Origin: a virus
Taxonomy: Duplodnaviria > Caudoviricetes
DNA length: 59,573 nt
Virus record (IMG/VR): IMGVR_UViG_3300028585_000026
Coordinates: 1 to 59,573 of that record
Direction: 5' to 3' (one strand)
The notes below the pieces were generated by a model, which saw only the letters and a list, made by a program, of their open reading frames with translations, did not search any database and was not told the origin of the DNA. Position 1 is the first letter of the stretch. Every line of letters begins with the position of its first letter. A program made the position numbers and the translations under genes. Positions 19,321 to 28,880 of the stretch are shown one piece after another.

Positions 19321-20003
19321 CGCTCCACTATCACGGCACCCCGATCACGCCTCGTACGATGCTGGTCCAACTCGCCGGCCGGTGCTTCTGCGTGTCCTTC
19401 GCGCGACCTGACGACGTCGAGTGGTGCCATCGGTTCGGCCAGAGCGTCATGCTGGACAACGGCGCCTTCACGATCTGGAACAAGGGCGGCGAGCCGAACT
19501 GGACGGCCTTCTACGCATGGTGCGAGCGCTGGCTCGACTATCGCACGACCTGGGCCGTCATCCCCGACGTGATCATGGGCGACGCCGAAGCGAACGACGA
19601 CTTGGTGCACCAGTGGCCGCACGGCCAGCGCGGCGCGCCCGTATGGCACATGCACGAGCCGGTGGACCGCCTCAAGCGCCTGTGCGACGAGTGGGAGCGC
19701 GTCTGCATTGGCTCGTCGGCCCAATACCGTCAAGTGGGCTCCGATATTTGGCACTCGCGCATGGCGCTGGCCATGAATGCGATCTGCAAGACCGGCCGCG
19801 TGCCGACCTGGCTGCACATGCTGCGCGGGATGAACGCCGCGCGCTGGGGTTACCCATTCGCCAGCGTGGACAGCACCGACATCGCGCGCAACCACAACCG
19901 CAAGGGTAACCCGCGCGAGATGGCAGAGGCTTGGGATGCGATTCAGTGCACGCCGACCTGGAAGCGCAAATACGTTCAGGTCGACCTCTTGGAGGCAGCA
20001 TGA
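19317..20003 (+). CDS. TGT/DpdA-like transglycosylase
   Basis: MLDNGAF, IPDVI, PVWH, LHMLRG and SVDST motifs in TGT-fold order. Confidence 0.55.
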   Translation: MTLHYHGTPITPRTMLVQLAGRCFCVSFARPDDVEWCHRFGQSVMLDNGAFTIWNKGGEPNWTAFYAWCERWLDYRTTWAVIPDVIMGDAEANDDLVHQWPHGQRGAPVWHMHEPVDRLKRLCDEWERVCIGSSAQYRQVGSDIWHSRMALAMNAICKTGRVPTWLHMLRGMNAARWGYPFASVDSTDIARNHNRKGNPREMAEAWDAIQCTPTWKRKYVQVDLLEAA

Positions 20004-21064
20004 CCACGACTATTCTGATCGGCGACGTGCGCGAGCAGCTACGTACCCTGGCCGACAACTCGGTGCACTGCATCGTCACCAGCCCGCCATACTGGGGCTT
20101 GCGCGACTATGGCGTTGACGGCCAGATCGGGTTGGAGGCCTCGCCCGCCGAATTCATCGCCGCCATGGTCGAGGTCTTTGAGGAGCTGCGCCGCGTGCTG
20201 CGTCCGGACGGCACCTGCTGGATGAACATGGGCGACAGCTACGCAACCGGCGCTGGCAGGGTGAATACGGCGCCCGGCGGCGGAACCCAGGGTGAGCGTT
20301 GGGCTGGCGTGCGGGGTGAGGGCACGGTATTTGCGCGCGGACCGATGCAGCAGCCGAATCGCATGCCGCAACCTGGTCTGAAGCCGAAGGACCTCTGCAT
20401 GATGCCGCATCGCTTGGCCATTGCTCTGCAAGATGCCGGCTGGTGGGTCCGCCAGGACATCGTCTGGCACAAGTCCAATCCAATGCCCGAGTCGACGCGC
20501 GATCGTTGCACCAAGGCCCATGAGTACATCTTTCTACTGACGAAGCAGGAACGGTATTACTACGACCAGGATGCGATTCGCACCCCATTCGCCGACAAGA
20601 CCACCGCACTGTCCTTCTCGACAATGGACGGTGACAGACGCCAGAAATACAAGAAGCCAGACGGCTGGGACACTGGCGCCGGCGCGCACGGAACGATCCA
20701 TCGGGATGGACGCGAGAAGGGCGAGGCAGCGCCGGCTGACTACGTGCCGCCAACTGGAGCCAATAAGCGTAGCGTGTGGACGATAGCGACCGCTGCCTAT
20801 GCCGATGCCCACTTCGCCACTTTCCCGCCCGAACTGCCCGAGACCTGCATCAAGGCCGGTTGCCCACCTGGCGGGACAGTGCTCGACCCATTCTTCGGCG
20901 CTGGTACTACTGGCCTGGTGGCCGAACGGCTACAGCGCGACTGCATCGGCATTGAGCTGAACCCGGCCTATGCAGAGATCGCCCGCAGCCGCATCAAAGA
21001 AGATTCGCCGCTTTTCGCGGACATCATTGTGGTTCGCGGGGCGACCGCGTTGGAGGCCGCATGA
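20000..21064 (+). CDS. Beta-class DNA methyltransferase (N4-C/N6-A)
   Basis: VTSPPYW catalytic motif before the LDPFFGAGTT SAM motif. Confidence 0.92.
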   Translation: MTTTILIGDVREQLRTLADNSVHCIVTSPPYWGLRDYGVDGQIGLEASPAEFIAAMVEVFEELRRVLRPDGTCWMNMGDSYATGAGRVNTAPGGGTQGERWAGVRGEGTVFARGPMQQPNRMPQPGLKPKDLCMMPHRLAIALQDAGWWVRQDIVWHKSNPMPESTRDRCTKAHEYIFLLTKQERYYYDQDAIRTPFADKTTALSFSTMDGDRRQKYKKPDGWDTGAGAHGTIHRDGREKGEAAPADYVPPTGANKRSVWTIATAAYADAHFATFPPELPETCIKAGCPPGGTVLDPFFGAGTTGLVAERLQRDCIGIELNPAYAEIARSRIKEDSPLFADIIVVRGATALEAA

Positions 21065-21549
21065 AAAAAGCGCGCAACAAAAAGTACCGCCCGAAATACG
21101 TTGCCCGCAACGTCCTGTCCACTGTCTTCGGCGGAATGAGCGGCGACCACGTCGACCATCTGCGCCTGATCCAGATTCGCAGCCACAAGGCGCTCGCCGA
21201 CATGGCAAAAGGCGCCGGCACCAGGGAGGGCTGGGACCTGCTCGTCGGTGCAATCAACATGGCGAACGTGATGTGCGAGCAGGGGATCGGCGACGAGTTC
21301 CGCCAGGTGACCATCGCCGCGCGCGACGCGCTGCTCGAGGTGGGCAAGCGGATCGTGAAGCTCGACCGCGTGATCATGAAGGGCGACGAGCTCAACGCCA
21401 TTCGCGAGGCGCTCGAGTGCCACGACGCCCAGCTGGAGAACATCCGCGCCATCGATGTGGAGCGCGCCAGCCGTGAGGTCGACCGCCGGGTCCACCACCG
21501 CATCAACTCGACCAGCGTCATGTGCGAGCTGGCCAGGGAAGCCGCCTGA
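21061..21549 (+). CDS. Hypothetical phage protein
   Basis: Operon ORF, ATGA overlap. Confidence 0.65.
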   Translation: MKKARNKKYRPKYVARNVLSTVFGGMSGDHVDHLRLIQIRSHKALADMAKGAGTREGWDLLVGAINMANVMCEQGIGDEFRQVTIAARDALLEVGKRIVKLDRVIMKGDELNAIREALECHDAQLENIRAIDVERASREVDRRVHHRINSTSVMCELAREAA

Positions 21550-21574
21550 CGCGGCGCCATAGAAAGGAAACGAC

Positions 21575-22279
21575 ATGGGAAGCATGCTGAATTTGCAAAC
21601 CGCTGCCGCCGCTGACGTCACGATGTCGAGCCGCGAAGTTGCGGAGCTGACCGGGCGGCGCCACGACCAGGTGCTCCGGACTGCCCGCGAATTGGTTGCG
21701 CAGGGGGTTACACAATCCGTGGAGACCCGCTATCGACACGAGCAGAACGGCGTCGAGTATCCGGAGCATCGCTTGAACAAGCGCGACTCGCTCGTGTTGG
21801 TCGCACGTCTGTCCCCAGAGTTCACGGGGCGGATTGTCGATCGTTGGATGGAGCTTGAGGCCGCAGTGCCGGTAGTCCTGGACCTCTCGGACCCGCACGC
21901 GCTGCGCGGCCTGCTGCTGCAGTACTCGGAGAAGGTGATCGAGCTGGATGCGAAGATCACCGCCGACGCGCCGAAGGTGGCGTTTGCGGAAGCGGTGCGT
22001 GCGATCGATGGCGCATGCCACATCGAGAAGATCGCCAAGACGCTGGGGCACGGCCGCAACAAGTTTTTCAAGCGCCTGCGCGCCGACTGCATCCTGCTTG
22101 AAAATAACCTGCCGTATCAGAAATACATCGATCGCGGCTACTTCACGGTAGTGGAACAGCAGCCCTACACCGACACCAAGGGAGTCACGCATGCGACCTT
22201 CACCACGATGGTGACCGGCGCTGGCCAGGTCTTCCTGGCGAAGCGGTACGCGAACATCGGGGAGGGCGGCCATGCGTGA
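21575..22279 (+). CDS. Rha + KilAC antirepressor-like protein
   Basis: MSSREVAELTGRRHDQV, DAPKVAFAEAV, LPYQKYIDRGYF, VTGAGQ. Confidence 0.85.
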   Translation: MGSMLNLQTAAAADVTMSSREVAELTGRRHDQVLRTARELVAQGVTQSVETRYRHEQNGVEYPEHRLNKRDSLVLVARLSPEFTGRIVDRWMELEAAVPVVLDLSDPHALRGLLLQYSEKVIELDAKITADAPKVAFAEAVRAIDGACHIEKIAKTLGHGRNKFFKRLRADCILLENNLPYQKYIDRGYFTVVEQQPYTDTKGVTHATFTTMVTGAGQVFLAKRYANIGEGGHA

Positions 22280-22955
22280 CTATTCCCCGCTACGCGGCTT
22301 GGCCGCCGCCGGCGCCACCGTGCATCTGAAGTCGTCGACCGTGATTGAGCTGCTGGACGAGCTCGACCGCCTGCGCGCGGCCGGCGCCAAGCCCGCCAAG
22401 CTGAAGCGCAATGACTACCCCGCCGACTTCGAGGCGGTCTGGGAGGTCTATCCCGCGCGCCCGGGCGACAGCAAGAAAGCCGCGCACAAGGCCTGGGCCG
22501 CTCGCCTGGCTGCCGGCGCCACGGTGTCGGAGATGCTCGCCGGCGCCCAGGCATACGCTGCCTTCGTCAAGGTGATGAAGATCGAGCCGATGTTCATCCT
22601 GCTGTCCGCCACCTTCTTCGGGCCCGGCGAGCGGTATGCGGCTGACTGGACGCCGCCCGAGGCGCAGAAGAAGCCGGCCGGCGGCAACTGGTGGGCGACT
22701 GACACCACGATTCTGGCAAAGGGCGCAGAGTTGGGCCTGTCGCCGAGGTCGGGCGAATACATGGGGCAGTTCAAGGCGCGCATCGAGCTGGCTCTGGATC
22801 CTGCACTGGCGCCACCGGTGAGCACCTCGCCCATCCGCGCGGCCATCTCGCCGCCAACGACGGACCAGGCGGAGCAGCGTACGCGCAAGCCAGAGGGAAT
22901 CGGCTCGCTGAAAGACCTGGTGCGCCGTAGCCCACCGGCGGCGAGGGCGCCGTGA
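22272..22955 (+). CDS. Replication-protein-like C-terminal domain protein
   Basis: FEAVWEVYPARPGDSKKAAHKAW...ATFFGP pattern. Confidence 0.6.
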   Translation: MRDYSPLRGLAAAGATVHLKSSTVIELLDELDRLRAAGAKPAKLKRNDYPADFEAVWEVYPARPGDSKKAAHKAWAARLAAGATVSEMLAGAQAYAAFVKVMKIEPMFILLSATFFGPGERYAADWTPPEAQKKPAGGNWWATDTTILAKGAELGLSPRSGEYMGQFKARIELALDPALAPPVSTSPIRAAISPPTTDQAEQRTRKPEGIGSLKDLVRRSPPAARAP

Positions 22956-23209
22956 CGGAGAAGCCCTGCGCGCTGTGCGGCCACTTCAAGATGAAGGAAT
23001 ACCCAGAGCACGCCAAGGTGGGCCTGGGCCGGTGCGCGGTCCGCGCGGCGGCGCGCTCAGACCGGATAGCCCCGTTTCTGCCGTGGCCGACGCCCGCCTG
23101 CGAGCGGTACCTGGCCGCTCCGAACGTCGAGGACCGCAAGGCGTGGATTGCGAAGCGCCGCTCTCCTGATCAAAACAACAACGCAGCACCACCCAAAACG
23201 AAAGGATGA
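22952..23209 (+). CDS. Small Cys-rich protein
   Basis: CALC...GRC...AC. Confidence 0.55.
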   Translation: MTEKPCALCGHFKMKEYPEHAKVGLGRCAVRAAARSDRIAPFLPWPTPACERYLAAPNVEDRKAWIAKRRSPDQNNNAAPPKTKG

Positions 23210-23210
23210 C

Positions 23211-23684
23211 ATGAACGATTCGCATGAAATGCTGACCTTCCACGCGATGGAGGGCGATAAGCCGACTAACCCGAAGGACATGGTGGGCGTGCGCAAGGCC
23301 CCGATGTCGACGGTCCCGGCGACGGTACTGGCCGAGATCGGCGTGGCCATGCTGGAAGGCGCCAGCAAGTACGGGCGCCACAATTACCGCGCGGTGGGCG
23401 TACGCGGCTCGGTCTACTACGACGGCGTGATGCGGCACCTGATGGCCTGGTGGGAGGGCGAGGACATCGACCCGGATTCGGGTATGTCGCACGTAACGAA
23501 GGCGATCACCTCGCTCGTGGTGCTGCGCGACGCAATGATGCAGGGGAAGCTCACAGACGACCGGCCGCCGCGCGCGCTGCCGTTCTACCCGGCGCTGAAC
23601 GCCGGCGCGGCCAACATCATCGATCGCTACGCTGACCGCAACCCGACCCACTACACCATCACCTACGGAGGCCTGGCCAAATGA
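23211..23684 (+). CDS. dATP/dGTP diphosphohydrolase domain protein (DUF5664-like)
   Basis: GASKYGRHNY, RHLMAWWEGEDIDPDSGMSH. Confidence 0.8.
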   Translation: MNDSHEMLTFHAMEGDKPTNPKDMVGVRKAPMSTVPATVLAEIGVAMLEGASKYGRHNYRAVGVRGSVYYDGVMRHLMAWWEGEDIDPDSGMSHVTKAITSLVVLRDAMMQGKLTDDRPPRALPFYPALNAGAANIIDRYADRNPTHYTITYGGLAK

Positions 23685-23935
23685 CGCAGACCCGACTCGG
23701 CTCATTCATCGAGGCCGTCATCAACGTGGTGATCGGCTTCGGGATCAACTTCACTGCCAACATGTTCATCTTCCCGTTGTTCGGGTTCCACATCACACCC
23801 GGCGCCAACCTGCTCATGGGCCTGATCTACACCGTGATCAGCATGGTGCGCTCGTATGCGGTGCGCCGCTGGTTCAACGCGCGGTTGCACCGGCTGGCCA
23901 GCGCCGTGGCTTCGTCCATTGAGGCGCGCCAATGA
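23681..23935 (+). CDS. Small 2-TM phage protein
   Basis: SFIEAVINVVIGF...RSYAVRRWFN. Confidence 0.75.
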   Translation: MTQTRLGSFIEAVINVVIGFGINFTANMFIFPLFGFHITPGANLLMGLIYTVISMVRSYAVRRWFNARLHRLASAVASSIEARQ

Positions 23936-24282
23936 CGGCGAAGCGCGCGCTCCAGGCGCTGGGCCGGCTCAAGACCGGCACCATGAACAAGACCGAGGCC
24001 GCCTACGCCGCCACGTTGGACGCGCGGCGCTACGCTGGCGAGGTTGCTTGGTTCAAGTTCGAAGGGGTAAAGCTGCGGCTGGCCGACAACACTTTTTACA
24101 CCCCCGACTTCGCCGTTATGCTGGCCGACGGGGCGCTGGAGATGCACGAGGTAAAGGGCTTCTGGACCGACGACGGAAGGGCGAAGATCAAGATCGCCGC
24201 CGATCTATATCCGATACGCTTCGTGGCAGTTCGCGTAAAGCTGAAAAGGGACGGTGGGGGCTGGGAGGTCGAGGAGTTTTAG
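23932..24282 (+). CDS. PD-(D/E)XK nuclease (DUF1064-like)
   Basis: YTPDF...HEVKG. Confidence 0.8.
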   Translation: MTAKRALQALGRLKTGTMNKTEAAYAATLDARRYAGEVAWFKFEGVKLRLADNTFYTPDFAVMLADGALEMHEVKGFWTDDGRAKIKIAADLYPIRFVAVRVKLKRDGGGWEVEEF

Positions 24283-24369
24283 AGGCGGAGAGGACTGCGA
24301 GAATAGTGGTTGTCGAAAATGATTTGCAAATGCGCTAGAGTATATGGACCAATTACATGAGGTCACTTT

Positions 24370-24831
24370 ATGCAACCGTTCGAAATCAACTCTTACCTGA
24401 GCGGCGCCGATGGCGTCGATGCTACTGCGAAGTCCTTACGCGAGTTTCTCCTCGGAGATCATGCTGGCCGCTCGCACGCGGATCGAGTCAGCTATAGTGC
24501 TGCGCCGCATGATCCAACCGGGCTTATCGTGCAAGTGCTCCACGCCAAACTTAAAGTTCGTTTTGAATACGCGCGCTACGTGACTACCGACTTCAAGCTG
24601 ATCAGTGGCCAATTCATATTTACGAAAAAGGTTGGCGAAACCGAGACCGATCTGCCAATTCGCCTCCGCATAGTCAACCCTAATAATCTGGTAATGCCAG
24701 ATGGGAAGGTGTATCAGCTACCTTACCCCCATACCATCCAGCCATACGAGAACATAGTATGGGATGCGTTAACTTATGCACTGCTTGGCGAAGTGCTTGA
24801 CAGCGCGGAGGAATGGACGCTGGCGGCTTAA
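24370..24831 (+). CDS. Hypothetical moron protein
   Basis: Lower GC; own RBS. Confidence 0.65.
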   Translation: MQPFEINSYLSGADGVDATAKSLREFLLGDHAGRSHADRVSYSAAPHDPTGLIVQVLHAKLKVRFEYARYVTTDFKLISGQFIFTKKVGETETDLPIRLRIVNPNNLVMPDGKVYQLPYPHTIQPYENIVWDALTYALLGEVLDSAEEWTLAA

Positions 24832-24945
24832 TCAATTCGTAGCTTGATCAATTGATACAGGTCGAGTTGCAATTTGGAAAATCTCGTGCAAAACTCATCA
24901 GTTCGGCGCTGCTGGTAATCTCGTGGGAATTCCACGGAGAAACCA

Positions 24946-25488
24946 ATGTTCGCCGAACGCTACCTCAATGCTCTGAGCACTTCCAACCTGCAGGACGACG
25001 ACCAGCACCACCACACGGAGCCGCTCGTCGCCGCCGCGCTTGCCGATCTATCGGGCGGCTCGGGCGAGCTGTTCGGCACAATGTTGTTGCGCGCCCACAT
25101 CGCGGGCGTGCCGCGCCAGCCGACGGAGAGCGCCGCGCGCGGCCTGGCCGTGCTGTTGCGCATCTGGACCGGCGAGGTGGCGCGCAAGGGCTTCGATCGC
25201 AAGTGGATCAACATCAAGTACGAGTGGGACATCACGGCCGCCTACGCCATGTACGCCAAGATCGCGCGCGTCAGCCTGGCTCACTGGCTGGGCGGTGAGT
25301 GCCAGTGCTGCCACGGTACGAAGATCGTCGAGAGCCGCGCGTGCACGCACTGCAACGGCACCGGCCGCGAGCTGGTCCAGGGCGGTGCGCTCGAGCGCGA
25401 GAAGGTCCTAGACATGGTGTCTGAGCTGGAAGGGATGTTTCAGGCGCATAGCGCGCGCGCTGGAGCAAGGCTTCGAAAGGCGGCATAG
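24946..25488 (+). CDS. Antitermination protein Q-like
   Basis: CQCCHG/CTHCNGTG zinc motifs; last early gene before the late promoter. Confidence 0.7.
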   Translation: MFAERYLNALSTSNLQDDDQHHHTEPLVAAALADLSGGSGELFGTMLLRAHIAGVPRQPTESAARGLAVLLRIWTGEVARKGFDRKWINIKYEWDITAAYAMYAKIARVSLAHWLGGECQCCHGTKIVESRACTHCNGTGRELVQGGALEREKVLDMVSELEGMFQAHSARAGARLRKAA

Positions 25489-25496
25489 CCGTGGCT

Positions 25497-26234
25497 TCAA
25501 TCGTACCGACTAGATGGGTATCGCGGCGCGAAGCGTCGGCCAACTGTAGTGGATTCGATGGCGGTACGATATGCCTCTGCAACTTCCCCGGATGTAAGCG
25601 GACCGCATGCGCTCATACATTTCAAGGCTTGCATAATTAGGTCAGCCAGAACAGCAAACCCCGATGCTAACGTCTGCGGTGAGACTAGATCATTTGAATG
25701 ATGTGTGTCCGGGACCAACATGTCGCCATGTCCAAGGGAAAAGCTCTTGAGCAAGGCTCGATACGTCCGGTGGGTGAACTTAGACAGTTGCTTGTAGTAG
25801 TCACGCCTTGCGTAAGCGAACTCAGCACCGCGAACCTCTTCAATATGCTGACGTGATTCACCGTGCGATATCGTCTGATCCTTATACCATTCACGCAATG
25901 CCCTCTCGGCGCGAGGGTTGGCGGCGTGTAGTACCTCAAGGAGATCGATGGTCTCAACCACGTCCCTCAGCAGACGGAATGCCACTCGGTGCCGTCGTTC
26001 AACCAGGAGTTTTTTGATCTCTGTGAGAGCATCTACTAGATCAAGATTAAGCATCCAGCTTGCCTTTTCAAGGCTCCGATCATCGCGATGAAATGCCATT
26101 GTCAGGCGGTCCAAGCTGCTGCTTAGCGCCTTCAAAAGTGCGCTCGCCTCACGAACGAACTGCTCTTGGGCTTCATACTCGTATGGATTGTCGTACGCCT
26201 CTTGCGGATGGCGTCCCCAAACGATGCTAGGCAT
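25497..26234 (-). CDS. Counter-oriented moron, DUF5677/HEPN-like helical protein
   Basis: LLRDVVE and YKQLSKFTH motifs; lower GC. Confidence 0.6.
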   Translation of the reverse strand: MPSIVWGRHPQEAYDNPYEYEAQEQFVREASALLKALSSSLDRLTMAFHRDDRSLEKASWMLNLDLVDALTEIKKLLVERRHRVAFRLLRDVVETIDLLEVLHAANPRAERALREWYKDQTISHGESRQHIEEVRGAEFAYARRDYYKQLSKFTHRTYRALLKSFSLGHGDMLVPDTHHSNDLVSPQTLASGFAVLADLIMQALKCMSACGPLTSGEVAEAYRTAIESTTVGRRFAPRYPSSRYD

Positions 26235-26317
26235 TTATTCCTCTGCTGTTAGCTAAATGGCTGTTGCCGCACGCGACACGCAATGTGCCAATGATGTGCC
26301 TACGTAACACAGCAGTA

Positions 26318-26346
26318 TTGTAAAGCGTACGGATCAGGCGTAAACT
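26318..26346 (+). promoter_or_regulatory. Late promoter pR'-like
   Basis: TTGTAA-N17-TAAACT downstream of Q, followed by a terminator. Confidence 0.6.
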
Positions 26347-26451
26347 ACGGTTTCACAGTTCCCTCGATCCACGTAATGCGCGCTTAGGCGCCAACGTCAC
26401 CCGAGGCAGTCGAGCAGTCCGGCCAGCAGTAAAGCCGGCGCTCGCCTAGAA

Positions 26452-26482
26452 AAAAGGGCTCACCATCTCGGTGGGCCTTTTT
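26452..26482 (+). terminator. Intrinsic terminator (tR'-like)
   Basis: GGGCTCACC/GGTGGGCCT stem with T-tract. Confidence 0.7.
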
Positions 26483-26790
26483 CGTTTCCGGCCCACTTGT
26501 CAGATAGACCTGGGGCCGACCGGCCCCGCCTCATCCGAGGTAGGGGCAACCTCCCGCGAGGAGCTGGCCATGAAGCGCTAATTCCCCCTGACGCTGGTCA
26601 TCACATAGAAGCGCGCCGAAATGCGCACGGGATCAAACTTGCCCGAGAAGTGCCGGAGCGCCCGCCCGGCGACACTTCGAAGACGGCGCCCACGCACACA
26701 CGAACATAATCTGGCATAGGCCAGACCAGGCGAGCGCCTACCGGGCGCGCTGATGCTGCAGGACGCTGTACCGAGCAACCCGCTGGTTGC

Positions 26791-27009
26791 TTAGAAGAAG
26801 CCCTTGCGATGAGGTTCAAGATGGATAACTTTTTCTGCAGTGAAGAACCATACTCGATCCCCAGCTTCCAACGCGTAAGTGCTGTCGCCCGCGATCATAA
26901 TTTTTCCAGTCTTTGTCTCACCATTTATGAACGTGACCGACCAGGATAATTGGCCGTGGCCTGGGTTGTCTTCTTGATTGCTTAAGGCATCTAGGACGAA
27001 GTCGCTCAT
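26791..27009 (-). CDS. Small counter-oriented protein
   Basis: AGGAG RBS; lower GC. Confidence 0.55.
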   Translation of the reverse strand: MSDFVLDALSNQEDNPGHGQLSWSVTFINGETKTGKIMIAGDSTYALEAGDRVWFFTAEKVIHLEPHRKGFF

Positions 27010-27196
27010 GCATTGCTCCTAATATGTGTTGTTAGAAATTCTATATTACCAGTACAGCCGCCCCTCGCAGCAATGCGCCGGCGGCTTTTCTATTTGTGAG
27101 GTGCCCCATGCGCATGTCCGTCGAAGATGAGTTGGCTTGGCTGCGCTATGCGGTGCAACGTCGGCGCGAGCAGGTGGCAGAAGGGATCGGTGGCGC

Positions 27197-27355
27197 ATGA
27201 ACAAGATCACCCTGAGCATCGGAATCCGCTGGTGGTTGAAGCCGTGGATCTGCCTGGTGCTGATCCTGAACTGCGCGACAGGCTGGCGCCCAAGCGAGTC
27301 CACCATCGCGCGTGTGGCCCGCCGCTCACTATATGTGCGAGAGAAGCATGAATGA
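27197..27355 (+). CDS. Small hydrophobic protein
   Basis: IRWWLKPWICLVLIL. Confidence 0.5.
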   Translation: MNKITLSIGIRWWLKPWICLVLILNCATGWRPSESTIARVARRSLYVREKHE

Positions 27356-27626
27356 CATAGCACGCATCTACCGCACCGAGATCCTGCGCGCTGCCTTCGG
27401 GCCTGGCGCCGGACCGTCGCAAGCGGCAGACCTGGCGCGCATCAACCAGATTGCCCAGCACCTGGCTGACTGCCACGACGCCCAGGAGATCCTCCGCGCG
27501 AATGGCCACGGCGCCGCCGGCATGTCAGTCGTCGACGTGGCGCGCAGTGTGCCGGGCGATCCTCGACAGATGGCCGACAGCTTGTTCACACGCCTGGGCT
27601 CGACCAACCAACGGAGTGCTCGCTGA
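27348..27626 (+). CDS. Hypothetical protein
   Basis: Overlapping operon ORF. Confidence 0.55.
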   Translation: MNDIARIYRTEILRAAFGPGAGPSQAADLARINQIAQHLADCHDAQEILRANGHGAAGMSVVDVARSVPGDPRQMADSLFTRLGSTNQRSAR

Positions 27627-27781
27627 TGGCAACCATCAAAGTGAAACTGCGCACGCGCATCGCCTGGTGGGTGCGCCCCGCGCTGGCCATGGCCTTCGTG
27701 TGCGGGACGGTATGCCCGGCTCGAGTCGATGGCTGGATCGATGTGATTGTCGACCGCGGCGTCAAGGTGGACCTGACGTAG
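27626..27781 (+). CDS. Small hydrophobic protein similar to 27197-27355
   Basis: IAWWVRPALAMAFV; TGATG overlap. Confidence 0.5.
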   Translation: MATIKVKLRTRIAWWVRPALAMAFVCGTVCPARVDGWIDVIVDRGVKVDLT

Positions 27782-27802
27782 CGCGGCGCCGCACCAGGCG
27801 CT

Positions 27803-28870
27803 GTGCATCAACCGTTGTGCGAACTCGGTACCATTAGCACTACTGGCTATCGAGGGCGTAGTGTGATCGACGAGGCGCGCGCGAGGGCCGCATGCAAATG
27901 CGGCAACGAAGTTACTAAGGTTTTCAAGTCCGGCAAGTCAGGCAAGTATTGCGACGCCTGCATGGCTCGTCAGGTTGGACCGCCTAAAGGTGAATGGCGC
28001 CAAGGCGCTATCGCATGTGCGTGCTGCCAGGCCAGCTTCACTCCAGACTACGCGCATCAGCGCTTCTGCTCATCACGGTGCAGGTACCGGGACAGAGATC
28101 GCCGCGAGAGCGCGACCGGGCTGACACTGGCGGATTATCGGACGGCCCGCACCAGGCGGTCTGTCGAGCGGCTGTCGTTCACCTGCGCCCAATGCGGCTG
28201 CACTGCTCATAGAAAGCTCAGCGCAACGAACGCTGCCGCTGGCTATGCCAATAGGTTTTGCTCGATGTCTTGCCGGGATGGGTCCCGCGCAGATGCCCAG
28301 CACATGGCCCGCTTGAGCAAGGAGCTGTATAGCAAGTGTTTTGCCCTGTACTGCGGCGTGTGTTCTTCCCCGTTCGTGTCAAGGTATGAGAGGGCGTTCT
28401 GCGGGGCGGCGTGTGCCGCGCGCCAAAGAAGCCGGAACCTCCACGCTCTTGCGGCACGCTCAATCTATTGCGAGGACTGCGGCCTGGAGTTCTGCCCGAT
28501 CTACGGTCGCAGTCACGCCTCGCTATGTGTGCCATGTGCTGATGGCCGGCAGAGAGCGCAGCGACTTGCCGCGAAGGCAGTGCGCCGCACACGCATCCAG
28601 ATGCGGTTCATCGAGCAGGTCGACCCATTAGTCGTGTTCGATCGAGATAACTGGACGTGTCAACTGTGCGGCGTCCCAACGCCGCGCGAGAAGCGGGGCA
28701 CATATGACGATGATGCTCCCGAGCTCGATCATGTCGTTGCGTTAGCAGCCGGCGGAGAGCATTCCTATCGAAATACCCAGTGTGCTTGCAGGCGATGCAA
28801 TGGATTGAAATCCGATCGGCCCATGCACGCGTTTGTCGCATCGGCTTCCCGCGGAAGCGCCGTTAAGTAG
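27803..28870 (+). CDS. Multi-Zn-finger HNH endonuclease
   Basis: Many CxxC/FCSxxC repeats; C-terminal RDNWTCQLCG...LDHVV...NTQCACRRCN. Confidence 0.8.
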   Translation: MHQPLCELGTISTTGYRGRSVIDEARARAACKCGNEVTKVFKSGKSGKYCDACMARQVGPPKGEWRQGAIACACCQASFTPDYAHQRFCSSRCRYRDRDRRESATGLTLADYRTARTRRSVERLSFTCAQCGCTAHRKLSATNAAAGYANRFCSMSCRDGSRADAQHMARLSKELYSKCFALYCGVCSSPFVSRYERAFCGAACAARQRSRNLHALAARSIYCEDCGLEFCPIYGRSHASLCVPCADGRQRAQRLAAKAVRRTRIQMRFIEQVDPLVVFDRDNWTCQLCGVPTPREKRGTYDDDAPELDHVVALAAGGEHSYRNTQCACRRCNGLKSDRPMHAFVASASRGSAVK

Positions 28871-28880
28871 AGAAGGTCTC

